Assembly (NCBI GenBank): GCA_947372915.1
Contig: CANBVO010000001.1
Coordinates: 13,907 to 77,906, forward strand
From: Actinomycetota bacterium
GTDB lineage: Bacteria; Actinomycetota; Actinomycetes; Nanopelagicales; Nanopelagicaceae
Direction of reading: 5' to 3'
DNA length: 64,000 nucleotides
Part shown: positions 37,420-48,446 of the stretch, one piece after another
Layout of the letters: each line of letters starts with the position of its first letter
How positions within the stretch are numbered: position 1 is the first letter of the stretch
Translations under genes and position numbers: made by a program
Notes under the pieces: model-generated
What the model was told of the DNA's origin: nothing
Databases searched by the model: none
What the model saw: the letters and a program-made list of their open reading frames with translations, nothing else

Positions 37420-39020
37420 AACTCCTTGCTGGAAAACCTGGTTGGACTGTTCAAGCAGATGTCATTGTTATTGGCTCAGGTGTAGCTGGATTAACTACAG
37501 CACTCAATATTCGCTCCGGTGGCTTATCGGTCTTACTTGTCACAAAAGCAAAGATTGATGAGGGCTCAACAAAATGGGCGCAAGGCGGAATTGCGGCAGC
37601 ACTTGGTCCAGGAGATACACCCGATCAACATAAAAAAGATACGTTAATTGCTGGTGCCGGTCTCTGCGATAACTCGGCGGTCGATGTCTTGGTAGAAGAG
37701 GGACCTGAAGCTGTACGCAAATTGATAGCTCGGGGTGCAGTCTTTGATAAATCTGAGACTGGTGAAATTGCGTTAACCCGCGAAGGCGGTCACTTGCGAA
37801 ACCGAATATTGCATGCCGGTGGAGACGCTACCGGCGCCGAAGTTTCGCGCGCTTTACTTGCGGCCGTTAATGACGATTCTGGAATTGAAGTTATTGAAAA
37901 TGCCTTGGCCATTGATGTGCTTCAAAGCAGTGATGGCAGCGTCTGCGGCGTCACCCTTCATGTCATCGGAGCTGGCAGCCAAGATGGGGTTGGTCGCGCT
38001 TTGGCGCGCGCAGTTGTTATTGCCACTGGTGGTCTTGGTCAGGTTTACTCACAAACAACTAATCCACCGGTCTCCACTGGAGATGGCGTTGCACTCGCAC
38101 TTCGTGCCGGGGCCGAGGTTGCCGATGTCGAATTTATTCAGTTCCACCCGACAGTTTTATGGCGAGATACAAATGCGGGCGGACAGCAACCGTTAATTAG
38201 TGAAGCGGTTCGTGGTGAAGGTGCCTTACTTCTCAACGATAAAGGCGAACGTTTTATGGTCGGCAAACATCCGCAAGCCGAACTTGCACCGCGAGATGTT
38301 GTCGCAAAAGAAATTTTTACACAGATGAAGGAGAGCAACTCGCCACATGTTTGGCTCGATGCGACGGGGATTAAAGAATTTGCTACTCGCTTCCCAACTA
38401 TTTATGCCTCATGCATTGAAAATGGAATAGATCCACTCACACAAATGATTCCAGTAGCTCCCGCATCTCACTATGCATCAGGTGGAGTTAAGGTTGATTT
38501 GAATGGCCGTACAACTATCCCTGGCCTATATGCCTGTGGCGAGACTGCTTGCACTGGTGCGCATGGCGCTAATCGATTAGCGTCGAATTCACTTCTCGAA
38601 GGTCTGGTCTTTGGTGCTCGAATCGCGAGTGATATTTCAACGAATATTCCTGAGCAGAAAGCACCAGTTGAAGAAGTGTCGACCTTCTTGCTCAGTCCAT
38701 CCATTCAATTGCCGCTACAGCTTGCGATGAGCCAAGGCGCAGGAGTTATGCGTTCTGAAGCTTCGCTTGCCGAAACTTTACGCACTCTGGAACAACTCGC
38801 AACGCGTACTACTACCGAACCGAAGATTGCAGCATGGGAAGTATCAAATCTCTATTTACTTGCAACGGCAATCGTCCGCTCAGCCCTAGAGCGGACAGAA
38901 TCACGGGGATCGCATTGGCGAAGTGATTTCCCAGAAACTTCTGAATCCTGGCATAAGCGAGTCGTACAGCGTTTTGATTCCAACGGAAATTGGCATACTC
39001 GATTTGAAGAGGTGAAGTAA
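37416..39020 (+). CDS. nadB: L-aspartate oxidase
   Basis: 534 aa. N-terminal VIVIGSGVAGL FAD motif, FIQFHPT, RLASNSLLEG and ESRGSHWRSDFP blocks. 4-nt overlap with panC. Confidence 0.92.
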   Translation: MKLLAGKPGWTVQADVIVIGSGVAGLTTALNIRSGGLSVLLVTKAKIDEGSTKWAQGGIAAALGPGDTPDQHKKDTLIAGAGLCDNSAVDVLVEEGPEAVRKLIARGAVFDKSETGEIALTREGGHLRNRILHAGGDATGAEVSRALLAAVNDDSGIEVIENALAIDVLQSSDGSVCGVTLHVIGAGSQDGVGRALARAVVIATGGLGQVYSQTTNPPVSTGDGVALALRAGAEVADVEFIQFHPTVLWRDTNAGGQQPLISEAVRGEGALLLNDKGERFMVGKHPQAELAPRDVVAKEIFTQMKESNSPHVWLDATGIKEFATRFPTIYASCIENGIDPLTQMIPVAPASHYASGGVKVDLNGRTTIPGLYACGETACTGAHGANRLASNSLLEGLVFGARIASDISTNIPEQKAPVEEVSTFLLSPSIQLPLQLAMSQGAGVMRSEASLAETLRTLEQLATRTTTEPKIAAWEVSNLYLLATAIVRSALERTESRGSHWRSDFPETSESWHKRVVQRFDSNGNWHTRFEEVK

Positions 39021-39898
39021 TGGCGCTGAGCGAAAAACTTCAAAGTGATTTAAAGAATCTCGGACTTGATGCAGATTATGTCCAATGGATTAGTGAAGCA
39101 ACAATCAAGGAAGATTTAGATGGCGGAAGTGATGTCACTTCAGTGGCAACAATTCCAACTGATCAGAACTCCATCGCAGAATACCGAGCCCGCAAGGCCG
39201 GCACTATCGCTGGCCTGCATATTGCGGCAGCTGTCCTAGAAACAACAGGAATCACCGATTACAGCATCAAGGTAGAAGAAGGCTCACGCGTTGAGGCCGG
39301 TCAATTAATAATTGAGGCTCGCGGAAATACTCGCGCATTACTCCTTAGCGAACGCACTGCGCTTAACTTCCTTGGCGGCTTGAGCGGCATCGCAACCCTG
39401 ACTCATCGCTGGGTGGAAGAAGTTAAAGCTTTTCCAGTCAAGATTCGCGATACTCGCAAGACCACACCGCTTCACCGTGAGTTAGAGAAGTTTGCAGTTC
39501 GCTGTGGTGGCGGAGTTAATCACCGGATGTCGCTCTCCGATGCAGCACTAATTAAAGATAATCACATTGTTGCAGCTGGGGGAGTCACGCAAGCCTTTAC
39601 GGCAGTTCGTTCACAGTTTCCGAAAGTCGAAGTCGAAGTTGAAGTTGATCATCTAGAACAACTTCGGGATGTTGTTGCCGCAGGCGCCGATCTGGTACTT
39701 CTCGATAACATGAGTATTGAACAATGTCGTGCTGCAGTAGAGATTGTCGCCGGCGCTACGCGGCTAGAAGCGTCAGGTGGTTTAACCCTTGAAAATGCTA
39801 AAGCGTATGCATCGACTGGCGTGGATTACTTGGCAGTGGGCGCACTCACACACTCAGCAGTTGTACTCGATATCGGTCTCGACCTAAGGATGGCGTGA
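39020..39898 (+). CDS. nadC: Nicotinate-nucleotide pyrophosphorylase (carboxylating)
   Basis: 292 aa. RDTRKTTP, HRMSLSDAALIKDNH and LEASGG motifs. 1-nt overlap with nadB. Confidence 0.92.
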   Translation: MALSEKLQSDLKNLGLDADYVQWISEATIKEDLDGGSDVTSVATIPTDQNSIAEYRARKAGTIAGLHIAAAVLETTGITDYSIKVEEGSRVEAGQLIIEARGNTRALLLSERTALNFLGGLSGIATLTHRWVEEVKAFPVKIRDTRKTTPLHRELEKFAVRCGGGVNHRMSLSDAALIKDNHIVAAGGVTQAFTAVRSQFPKVEVEVEVDHLEQLRDVVAAGADLVLLDNMSIEQCRAAVEIVAGATRLEASGGLTLENAKAYASTGVDYLAVGALTHSAVVLDIGLDLRMA

Positions 39899-39899
39899 A

Positions 39900-40676
39900 A
39901 TGTTATTAACTGTCGATGTTGGCAATACCAACACAGTCCTTGGAATTTTCGATGGCGAAGATTTAGTAAAGTCATGGCGAGTGAAGACCGATCCGCGTGA
40001 CACCGCTGACGAGCTCTGGATTCGATTCCGTGCACTCATCGAGGGTTTTGATATCTCTGGGTTAGCTGTCTGCTCCACGGTTCCCGCATCGCTACGCGAA
40101 ATTCGCACCATGATTGCTAGTTACTTCAGCAATATCCCAACAACTTTGGTTGAGCCCGGAATCAAAACTGGAGTGCCGCTGTTAGTCGATAATCCAAAGG
40201 AAATTGGCGCCGATCGCATCGTCAATACATTGGCTGCACATGCACTGTATGGTGAAGATGGTCCATGCATCGTTGTTGATTTCGGAACTTCAACAAATCT
40301 CGATGTGGTTTCACCTAAGGGAGAATTCTTGGGTGGCGCACTCGCGCCCGGAATTGAAATCTCAGTGGAAGCACTTGCCGCGCGCGCGGCGCAACTTCGT
40401 AAAGTTGAACTCGTCCTTCCCAAGAATGTCATTGGCAAGAACACAGTTGAGGCGTTGCAATCCGGAACTATTTACGGCTTCGCCGGTCAGGTCGATGGCT
40501 TGGTCTCGCGCATCTCAGATGAACTCGAAAAGCAATATCCGGATAGCGGGGTAGTGAGCGTTATCGCTACTGGCGGGCTCGCCCCATTAGTTATCGGGAT
40601 TGCGGAAAATATTGATTTTCACGAGCCAGATTTAACGCTTATTGGATTGCGACTAGTTCATGAGCGCAATCGCTAA
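39900..40676 (+). CDS. coaX: Type III pantothenate kinase
   Basis: 258 aa. [15 protein letters not shown] and [14 protein letters not shown]-fold motifs. Confidence 0.92.
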   Translation: MLLTVDVGNTNTVLGIFDGEDLVKSWRVKTDPRDTADELWIRFRALIEGFDISGLAVCSTVPASLREIRTMIASYFSNIPTTLVEPGIKTGVPLLVDNPKEIGADRIVNTLAAHALYGEDGPCIVVDFGTSTNLDVVSPKGEFLGGALAPGIEISVEALAARAAQLRKVELVLPKNVIGKNTVEALQSGTIYGFAGQVDGLVSRISDELEKQYPDSGVVSVIATGGLAPLVIGIAENIDFHEPDLTLIGLRLVHERNR

Positions 40677-40696
40677 CGGATAGACTTCCTCTCCTT

Positions 40697-42205
40697 ATGA
40701 CGCAGACACCCGATAACTCGACGCCGGATGAAGACCTACCCGAACAACTTCGGATCCGCCACGAAAAACGTGCTGCAATTATGGCTCGCGGGCAAGAGCC
40801 TTATCCCGTCTCTGTTCCTCGCACTGCCTCACTCAAAGCAATTCGCGATACCCATGCAGCGCTAGAGACTGATACTGCTACCGGAATTATTGAGAGCGTT
40901 GCTGGTCGAGTAATTTTTAAGCGCGATACCGGCAAGCTCTGTTTTGCCACTCTTCGCGAAGGTGATGGCACCGAACTTCAAGCGATGCTTTCGCTCGACA
41001 AGGTCGGCCAAGAAACTTTAGATTCATGGAAGAGCGAAGTCGATCTTGGTGACTTGGTCAGCGTTACCGGTGAAGTAATCACCTCCAAGCGCGGCGAACT
41101 CTCAATTCTTGCTAACTCTTTTGTGATGGCCGCTAAGTCTTTGCGACCATTGCCTGTAGAACACAAGCCGCTCTCCGAAGAGACTCGTGTGCGTATGCGT
41201 TATGTGGACCTAATTGTTCGGCCCGAAGCGCGCTCTAATGCTCGCCTTCGTCCAGCAGTCATGCGCTCACTTCGCGAGACATTTAATTCTCAAGATTTCA
41301 TTGAAGTCGAAACCCCGATGCTGCAGGTGATGCATGGCGGAGCAACCGCACGTCCATTTAAGACTTTAAGTAATGCCTACGATATGGAACTCTTCTTGCG
41401 CATTGCGCCAGAGCTCTTCCTTAAGCGTTGCGTTGTTGGCGGTATTGAGCGAGTCTTTGAAATTAACCGCAACTTCCGCAACGAAGGTGCTGACTCCAGC
41501 CACTCACCAGAATTTGCGATGATTGAGAGTTATCAGGCTTATGGCGATTGGAATTCAATTGCTGACCTCACTCGCACTCTGGTTCAAAATGCAGCGATGG
41601 CAGTTGCTGGCAGCCATGTAGTCACGCACCATGATGGTCGCCAACTAGATCTTGGTGGCACCTGGCGCGAAGCAAATCTCTTTGACTTAATCTCTGAGGG
41701 CGTAGGCCAAGAAGTAACACCACAGACTTCCCATGATGAGCTCAAGACGATTGCTACCAAGCTCGGCATGAAGATTGATCCGAAGTGGATTACCGGCAAG
41801 CTCGCTGAAGAAATCTTTGAGCATGTCACGCAAGGCCAGCTCAACGAACCCATCTTTGTTAAGGGTTATCCAGTTGATACCTCGCCACTTGTACGCGCTC
41901 ACCGCACAATTCCAGGCATCGTGGAAAAGTGGGATTTATATGTTGAAGGCTTCGAACTTGCCACCGGTTACTCCGAACTTATCGACCCTGTTATTCAACG
42001 CGAACGTTTAACCGAACAATCACTTCTCGCGGCAAAGGGCGACCTGGAAGCGATGCAATTAGATGAAGATTTCTTGCGCGCAATGGAATATGCAATGCCA
42101 CCGATGGGTGGAATGGGCATGGGCGTTGACCGTTTACTGATGGCGCTTACGGGACTTGGAATTCGCGAAACAATTCTCTTCCCGTTAGTGAAGCCGGAAG
42201 AATAA
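40697..42205 (+). CDS. lysS: Lysine--tRNA ligase (class II)
   Basis: 502 aa. OB-fold N-domain, class II motifs ([15 protein letters not shown]). Confidence 0.95.
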   Translation: MTQTPDNSTPDEDLPEQLRIRHEKRAAIMARGQEPYPVSVPRTASLKAIRDTHAALETDTATGIIESVAGRVIFKRDTGKLCFATLREGDGTELQAMLSLDKVGQETLDSWKSEVDLGDLVSVTGEVITSKRGELSILANSFVMAAKSLRPLPVEHKPLSEETRVRMRYVDLIVRPEARSNARLRPAVMRSLRETFNSQDFIEVETPMLQVMHGGATARPFKTLSNAYDMELFLRIAPELFLKRCVVGGIERVFEINRNFRNEGADSSHSPEFAMIESYQAYGDWNSIADLTRTLVQNAAMAVAGSHVVTHHDGRQLDLGGTWREANLFDLISEGVGQEVTPQTSHDELKTIATKLGMKIDPKWITGKLAEEIFEHVTQGQLNEPIFVKGYPVDTSPLVRAHRTIPGIVEKWDLYVEGFELATGYSELIDPVIQRERLTEQSLLAAKGDLEAMQLDEDFLRAMEYAMPPMGGMGMGVDRLLMALTGLGIRETILFPLVKPEE

Positions 42206-42213
42206 GCCGACCC

Positions 42214-42711
42214 ATGTCAGTCATTGTTCGTCCGGCGCATACCAGCGACGTTAAAGCGATTCGCGCACTCATCGATACTCATGCAATTCCTGGTCGCATG
42301 CTCGGAAAAGAATCAGTCACTTTGTATGAAAGCGTTCAAGAATTTTCAGTAGCAATTAAAGATGGGAAAATTGTTGGTTGCGCGGCGCTCCACGTGCTCT
42401 GGGAAGATTTAGCAGAAGTGCGAAGCGTTGCTGTCTCACTTGATCACCAACGTCAAGGAATTGGCCACCAACTACTTGAAGCCGTTATTGAACGTGCACG
42501 CGCAATTGGTGTGAAGCGAATTTTCTGTCTCACCTTTGAAACTGAGTTCTTTGGAAGTCATGGCTTTGAAGTTATTGAAGGCACTCCCGTTGATCCAGAT
42601 GTTTATTCCGAACTCCTTCGCTCCTATGACCAAGGCGTCGCCGAGTTCTTGGACCTTGAAAGTGTTAAACCCAACACCTTGGGCAATACCCGAATGCTTA
42701 AGCTTCTTTAA
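42214..42711 (+). CDS. GNAT amino-acid N-acetyltransferase (short single-domain N-acetylglutamate-synthase-like)
   Basis: 165 aa. TLYESVQEF, GCAALHVLWEDLAEVRSVAV, QRQGIGHQLL and LTFETEFF resemble the short mycobacterial NAGS type. Confidence 0.65.
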   Translation: MSVIVRPAHTSDVKAIRALIDTHAIPGRMLGKESVTLYESVQEFSVAIKDGKIVGCAALHVLWEDLAEVRSVAVSLDHQRQGIGHQLLEAVIERARAIGVKRIFCLTFETEFFGSHGFEVIEGTPVDPDVYSELLRSYDQGVAEFLDLESVKPNTLGNTRMLKLL

Positions 42712-42848
42712 GCCCAAATCCGGGCATAAATTGGGGCAATCGCTGGTTCTACCCCTATATCTGGGCCTTTTCTCGGGAAGCGGGCAACGCTCCCTTCGCA
42801 TTAGGCTTAGCCAAGTTCAACCAAGTTACCGCTACTGGAGGTAGTCAG

Positions 42849-45353
42849 ATGTTCGAGCGCTTTACCGATCGAGCCCGTCGCGTTGTTGTTCTCGCGCAAG
42901 AAGAAGCTCGCATGCTCAATCACAACTACATCGGCACTGAGCACATCTTGCTCGGTCTCATCCACGAAGGTGAAGGCGTCGCCGCCAAAGCTCTTGAAGC
43001 ACTAGGTATCTCACTCGAAGCTGTTCGTTCACAGGTAGAAGAGATCATCGGACAGGGACAGCAAGCTCCTTCCGGACATATTCCTTTTACTCCGCGGGCC
43101 AAGAAAGTTCTCGAACTCTCACTTCGTGAAGCCCTTCAATTAGGCCACAACTACATTGGCACCGAACACATTTTGCTTGGTCTGATTCGCGAAGGCGAAG
43201 GCGTAGCAGCACAGGTTCTCGTCAAGCTCGGCGCAGATCTTGCTCGCGTACGTAATCAAGTTATTCAACTTCTCTCTGGTTACCAAGGTAAGGAAGCCGC
43301 AACAACTGGCGGCCCAGCTGAAGGAACACCATCAACCTCACTCGTTCTCGATCAATTCGGACGCAACCTCACCGCCGCTGCGCGGGAAGGAAAGTTGGAT
43401 CCAGTTATTGGTCGCGATAAAGAAATCGAACGCGTTATGCAGGTTCTCTCTCGTCGCACCAAGAACAACCCAGTACTTATTGGTGAACCTGGCGTTGGTA
43501 AGACTGCCATCGTTGAGGGTCTCGCCCAATCAATCGTTAAGGGCGATGTTCCAGAAACTTTGAAGGATAAGCAGGTTTATTCACTCGATCTCGGTGCACT
43601 TGTTGCCGGCTCTCGTTACCGTGGCGATTTCGAAGAGCGCCTCAAGAAGGTTCTCAAAGAGATTAAAAACCGCGGCGATATCGTCCTCTTCATCGATGAG
43701 ATTCATACCCTCGTAGGTGCTGGTGCAGCTGAAGGTGCAATCGATGCCGCGAGCATCTTGAAGCCAATGCTCGCACGTGGCGAACTCCAGACAATTGGCG
43801 CAACCACTCTTGATGAGTACCGCAAGCACCTCGAAAAGGATGCAGCCCTCGAGCGTCGTTTCCAACCAATCCAGGTTGCCGAACCAACCGTCGCGCACAC
43901 CATCGAAATTCTTAAGGGACTTCGCGACCGCTACGAATCACATCACAAGGTCTCAATCTCTGATGATGCCCTTGTCGCTGCTGCAACTCTTGCTGATCGC
44001 TACATCTCTGATCGCTTCCTCCCAGATAAGGCGATCGACTTGATCGATGAAGCTGGTTCTCGACTTCGCATCCGTCGCATGACTGCGCCACCAGAGTTGC
44101 GCGCATACGATGACAAGATTGCTAACGCTCGCAAAGAGAAAGAGTCAGCAATTGACTCCCAAGATTTCGAGCGCGCTGCCGCACTTCGCGATAATGAGAA
44201 GAACCTCATTAACGAGAAGAACGAGAAAGAGAAGGCCTGGAAGGCCGGCGACCTCGATGTCGTTGCAGTTGTTGATGAAGAACTCATTGCAGAAGTTCTC
44301 GCTACCGCAACTGGTATCCCAGTCTTCAAACTCACCGAACAAGAGACTTCTCGTCTCTTGCGCATGGAAGATGAACTTCATCGCCGTGTTATCGGTCAGG
44401 ATCAAGCAATCAAGGCGCTTTCACAGGCGATTCGTCGTACCCGCGCAGGACTTAAAGATCCTAAGCGTCCGGGCGGATCATTTATCTTCGCTGGTCCTTC
44501 CGGCGTAGGTAAGACCGAGCTGTCTCGTACTCTCGCTCAATTCCTCTTTGGTGATTCCGATGCACTTATCCAATTGGATATGTCGGAATACTCCGAGAAG
44601 CACACCGCCTCGCGCCTCTTCGGTGCACCTCCAGGCTTCGTTGGATATGACGAGGGCGGACAGCTAACCGAGAAGGTACGCCGCAAGCCATTCTCTGTAG
44701 TTCTCTTTGATGAGGTTGAGAAGGCTCACCCAGATATCTTCAACTCACTTCTTCAAGTTCTCGAAGATGGTCGCCTCACCGACTCGCAAGGTCGCGTAGT
44801 CGATTTTAAGAACACCATCATCATTATGACCACAAACCTCGGTACTCGCGATATTTCAAAGACGCTAGGCCTTGGATTCCACAATGCCGACGATGTTCTC
44901 GGAAATTACGAGCGCATGAAGGGCAAGGTCAGCGATGAACTCAAGACTCACTTCCGTCCTGAATTCCTCAACCGTATTGATGACATCATCGTCTTCCATC
45001 AACTATCTGAAGCAGAAATAGTTCAGATTGTTGATTTGATGATTGTTAACTTGGATGAGCGTCTTCGCGCACGCGATATGGGCATCGAGCTCACTACTGC
45101 AGCTAAGGCACTCTTGGCTAAGCGTGGTTACGATCCACTTCTTGGAGCACGTCCACTTCGCCGTTGTATTCAACGTGAAATCGAAGATGTTCTTTCCGAG
45201 AAGATTCTCTTTGGTGATATTAAAGCTGGCGATATCGCACTTGTTGATGTCGCTACTGTCGATGATAAAGAGGAGTTCACTTTCACAAGTACTCCCAAGT
45301 CAGCGATGCCTGATACCCCAGGAGATCTAGCTGAAGAAGCACCTTCTGCTTAA
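42849..45353 (+). CDS. clpC: ATP-dependent Clp protease ATP-binding subunit ClpC
   Basis: 834 aa. Duplicated Clp N repeat, two AAA+ modules ([16 protein letters not shown]) and a UVR-like linker. Confidence 0.97.
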   Translation: MFERFTDRARRVVVLAQEEARMLNHNYIGTEHILLGLIHEGEGVAAKALEALGISLEAVRSQVEEIIGQGQQAPSGHIPFTPRAKKVLELSLREALQLGHNYIGTEHILLGLIREGEGVAAQVLVKLGADLARVRNQVIQLLSGYQGKEAATTGGPAEGTPSTSLVLDQFGRNLTAAAREGKLDPVIGRDKEIERVMQVLSRRTKNNPVLIGEPGVGKTAIVEGLAQSIVKGDVPETLKDKQVYSLDLGALVAGSRYRGDFEERLKKVLKEIKNRGDIVLFIDEIHTLVGAGAAEGAIDAASILKPMLARGELQTIGATTLDEYRKHLEKDAALERRFQPIQVAEPTVAHTIEILKGLRDRYESHHKVSISDDALVAAATLADRYISDRFLPDKAIDLIDEAGSRLRIRRMTAPPELRAYDDKIANARKEKESAIDSQDFERAAALRDNEKNLINEKNEKEKAWKAGDLDVVAVVDEELIAEVLATATGIPVFKLTEQETSRLLRMEDELHRRVIGQDQAIKALSQAIRRTRAGLKDPKRPGGSFIFAGPSGVGKTELSRTLAQFLFGDSDALIQLDMSEYSEKHTASRLFGAPPGFVGYDEGGQLTEKVRRKPFSVVLFDEVEKAHPDIFNSLLQVLEDGRLTDSQGRVVDFKNTIIIMTTNLGTRDISKTLGLGFHNADDVLGNYERMKGKVSDELKTHFRPEFLNRIDDIIVFHQLSEAEIVQIVDLMIVNLDERLRARDMGIELTTAAKALLAKRGYDPLLGARPLRRCIQREIEDVLSEKILFGDIKAGDIALVDVATVDDKEEFTFTSTPKSAMPDTPGDLAEEAPSA

Positions 45354-46214
45354 TTAGCTCGCTAATTTATAGCTTTTGCCGGTGGTCTCAATGAGGCCAT
45401 CGGCAATTAGCGTTTCTAGGGCTTTTTCTAATTGTGATTGAATCGGCCACTCTTTTGAAAGCAGAGTTAGTGAAGCTTTATCTCGCTCCTTAAGAACTTT
45501 CATCACCACACCCCGACATTGGCGATCACTTCCTTCAAACTTTGCTTGGCGCTTAATCTCCATCTCGGGGTAACCCGCAGCACGCCAAGCGCACTCATTG
45601 GATAAGAAACACGAATCGCACTTGGGATTCTTTGAGGTGCAGATGAGTGCGCCAAATTCCATGGTGGCTGCCGCCCATACATCTCCACGTTTTGTGGGAA
45701 TGAGCTCTGCCCTAATCTTTCGTTCGATTAATGAAGGTGAACTACTGGGAAATTGCTCGCCATCAAAGTAGCGCGAGAAGAAGCGCCTGATATTTATATC
45801 TAAGACAAGTGCGCTCTCGCCAAAGGCAAAGGCGGTGATTGCTGCTGCGGTGTAATCACCAACGCCAGGAAGGGCGATGAGTTCCTCGCGAGTTCGGGGG
45901 AGAACACCGCCGTGAACTTTCGAAATTACTTTGGCGGTTTCATGCAATCGAAGCGCGCGCCGTGGATAACCTAACCGACCCCACGCCTTAATAACTTCTG
46001 ACTTCGGAGCAAGAGCTAGTGCCTCAGGTGTTGGCCAGCGCTCCATCCATTGATGCCAGACTGGAGTAACTCGGGATACTGGAGTTTGTTGCAACATAAA
46101 CTCTGAAACGAGTACGCCCCATGGGGAGGTATTTCGCCAGGGTAGATCGCGTTTGTTCTTATCGAACCAATTAATTAATTTTGACGCGAGCGATTGCTTG
46201 CTCAAGGCGCGCAA
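45354..46214 (-). CDS. mutY: A/G-specific adenine DNA glycosylase
   Basis: 286 aa. HhH-GPD (LPGVGDYTAAAI) and 4Fe-4S loop C-x6-C-x2-C-x5-C (CTSKNPKCDSCFLSNEC). TTG start overlaps the radA 3' end. Its stop codon abuts the clpC stop. Confidence 0.88.
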   Translation of the reverse strand: MRALSKQSLASKLINWFDKNKRDLPWRNTSPWGVLVSEFMLQQTPVSRVTPVWHQWMERWPTPEALALAPKSEVIKAWGRLGYPRRALRLHETAKVISKVHGGVLPRTREELIALPGVGDYTAAAITAFAFGESALVLDINIRRFFSRYFDGEQFPSSSPSLIERKIRAELIPTKRGDVWAAATMEFGALICTSKNPKCDSCFLSNECAWRAAGYPEMEIKRQAKFEGSDRQCRGVVMKVLKERDKASLTLLSKEWPIQSQLEKALETLIADGLIETTGKSYKLAS

Positions 46215-47547
46215 CTTCCATGATCTCGATACCGGGAACTTTAATATCGCTACCGGCGGGAACCATCGCCTTCTTGAAACCTAAGCGAGCTGCTTCTTGG
46301 ATGCGTTGGGTAGCACCAGTAACTTTACGAATTTCTCCAGCAAGTCCGACTTCACCAATGGCAACTAAGTCCGCTGGGAGTGCCAAGCCTTTGGCAGCAG
46401 AACCAACAGCTAGTGCGACTGCTAAATCTGCGGCTGGCTCGCCAATCTTCATTCCGCCGACGGTTGCCACGTAAACATCGCGACCAGAGACGCGAACATT
46501 TGCGCGGAGTTCGAGAACGGCAAGTGTCATTGCGGTGCGGGGATTATCGAGGCCGGAGGTTACGCGACGAGAGTTGCCGTAATCGCGACCATCAGAATTA
46601 CCGGCGCTAACCAGCGCTTGAATCTCGGCAAGTAATGGGCGACGACCTTCGAGTGTGACCGTGACACATGTTCCAGGAACGGGTTCGGTGTGACGCGTAG
46701 TAAAAAGTCCGGTCGGATCAGGAAGACTGGTGATTCCGGATTCGTTCATATCAAAGCAACCGACTTCGTCGGATGCACCGAAGCGATTTTTAATTGCTCG
46801 AATTAAGCGAAGGCGGGAGTGGCGCTCACCTTCGAAGTTGAGAACAACATCCACCAAGTGTTCAAGGAGACGTGGGCCGGCAATAGAACCATCCTTTGTC
46901 ACGTGACCGACCAGAATCAAAGTAATTGAGCGCTCTTTCGCAATACGAATCAGAGCTGCGGCTATTTCGCGCACTTGAGTAACGCCGCCAGGCGCACCAT
47001 CGACCGTTGCACTGGCAATTGTCTGAATCGAGTCAACAATCAAGAGTTGTGGCTTAACCGCATCGATATGTGCAATGACGGCACCAAGTTCGTTCTCGGA
47101 GGCGAGCCATAAATTAGGATCAATCGCATTTAAGCGCTCTGCGCGTAAGCGAACTTGTGATGCTGATTCTTCGCCGCTGATATATAACGAGGTGATTCCT
47201 TGGCGTGCGCTTTCGGCGGTAACGGAGAGAAGGAGTGTGGATTTACCAACACCGGGTTCACCGGCTAACAAGATTGCTGCGCCAGGAACGAGGCCACCAC
47301 CCAGCACGCGATCGAGCTCGGAGACACCGGATGTGCGCGCTTTAGCGCTTTCAAGATTTACATCGCCGATTGGGAGAGCTGCGGTTGTTACATGTCCTGC
47401 AACGAGTGAAAGTTTTTTGGGAGCTGCGATTTCTTCAACCGAGCCCCACGCTTGGCATTCGCCACAACGGCCGACCCACTTGGCAGATGTCCAACCACAT
47501 TCCGCACAACGAAATGGATCCTTGGGTGCTGCAGGTGCTTTGGCCAT
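46171..47547 (-). CDS. radA: DNA repair protein RadA/Sms
   Basis: 458 aa. N-terminal zinc finger CAECGWTSAKWVGRCGEC, Walker A GEPGVGKST, KNRFG motif, Lon-like C-domain. Confidence 0.95.
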   Translation of the reverse strand: MAKAPAAPKDPFRCAECGWTSAKWVGRCGECQAWGSVEEIAAPKKLSLVAGHVTTAALPIGDVNLESAKARTSGVSELDRVLGGGLVPGAAILLAGEPGVGKSTLLLSVTAESARQGITSLYISGEESASQVRLRAERLNAIDPNLWLASENELGAVIAHIDAVKPQLLIVDSIQTIASATVDGAPGGVTQVREIAAALIRIAKERSITLILVGHVTKDGSIAGPRLLEHLVDVVLNFEGERHSRLRLIRAIKNRFGASDEVGCFDMNESGITSLPDPTGLFTTRHTEPVPGTCVTVTLEGRRPLLAEIQALVSAGNSDGRDYGNSRRVTSGLDNPRTAMTLAVLELRANVRVSGRDVYVATVGGMKIGEPAADLAVALAVGSAAKGLALPADLVAIGEVGLAGEIRKVTGATQRIQEAARLGFKKAMVPAGSDIKVPGIEIMEVARLEQAIARVKIN

Positions 47548-47556
47548 GCGCCTAGA

Positions 47557-48375
47557 TTACTTTCTGGCGGCGACAGTGGCTGGATGGATGATAAAAAGCG
47601 GCAAGTTGCGCTTATTTATATCCTTCTCGGCGAGAGCAATTGCCTCTAACCGATTTTCGCAGTGCATAACGAGTGTGTCATAAGCGGCTTGGCCCATGAG
47701 CGCTACGAGTTCGGCTTTATTTGATTTATAAACTGGATCTTTGCCGACATGCGCTTCAGTATTAGAAGTGCAGTACCAATTGAATTCTGCTCCGCCTTCG
47801 CCCCAGGCAAGTCGCTCGTATTCACCAATGACATTGACGGAGATCTCGCCATCACCAAATTCGCGCTGTTCAAAGCTGCGACGAATCGGAAGTTGCCAAC
47901 ATACATCTGGCTTTGTTTCTACAAAGTGGACGCCCTCTTTTTCGGCGAGGTGGTGAAGTACGCAACCAAAAGTTCCGGTGTAGCCAGGACGCTCGTATCC
48001 AACGCGATTTAAGAAGATGCAAGAGTCATCAACTTTACGAGTCTTACGGTCGCCATCTAATCCGACTTCGGAGATGCGCATCTGACCCTTACCCTTTTTA
48101 GGTTGGCCTTCATCAAAGTATTGCCACATATCTGGAGTCAGACGTTGTGCAATCTTCATGGTGCGAATTTCATCTTCTTCATCAGAGTAATAAGCGCCAT
48201 CGGAACAACATCCGGCATCAGGCTTATCTTCATCGATACCGCAGCAACCATTGCCGTAGATGCATTCCCAGTTGGAGGTGAGCCAAGTGAGGTCACACTT
48301 ATAAAGCTCGGCAGGATTGGCCGGATCGTAAAATTCGACCCAATCGCGAGCAAAGTTCGGTTGTACCTCAGGCAT
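47557..48375 (-). CDS. Conserved hypothetical Cys-rich cytoplasmic protein
   Basis: 272 aa. N-terminal cluster C-x12-C-x5-CC-x10-CC (KCDLTWLTSNWECIYGNGCCGIDEDKPDAGCC) plus later Cys residues. Starts 9 nt downstream of... rather, ends 9 nt upstream of the radA start on the same strand. Confidence 0.6.
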   Translation of the reverse strand: MPEVQPNFARDWVEFYDPANPAELYKCDLTWLTSNWECIYGNGCCGIDEDKPDAGCCSDGAYYSDEEDEIRTMKIAQRLTPDMWQYFDEGQPKKGKGQMRISEVGLDGDRKTRKVDDSCIFLNRVGYERPGYTGTFGCVLHHLAEKEGVHFVETKPDVCWQLPIRRSFEQREFGDGEISVNVIGEYERLAWGEGGAEFNWYCTSNTEAHVGKDPVYKSNKAELVALMGQAAYDTLVMHCENRLEAIALAEKDINKRNLPLFIIHPATVAARK

Positions 48376-48446
48376 AGTGTGTGAGCCTAGAGGTAATTAG
48401 TGAATAACGCACATCAAGTAAATGAATGGTTCGGTAGACTTTCGAC

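Noticed and set aside
40677-40696. T-box or L-box leader upstream of lysS
   Set aside because: The intergenic distance is only 20 nt, with no room for a leader RNA.
47075-47683. 202-aa plus-strand ORF
   Set aside because: It is antisense to radA, whose motifs are unambiguous. Its composition is low-complexity and Ser/Pro/Ala/Arg-rich, typical of the reverse frame of a real gene.
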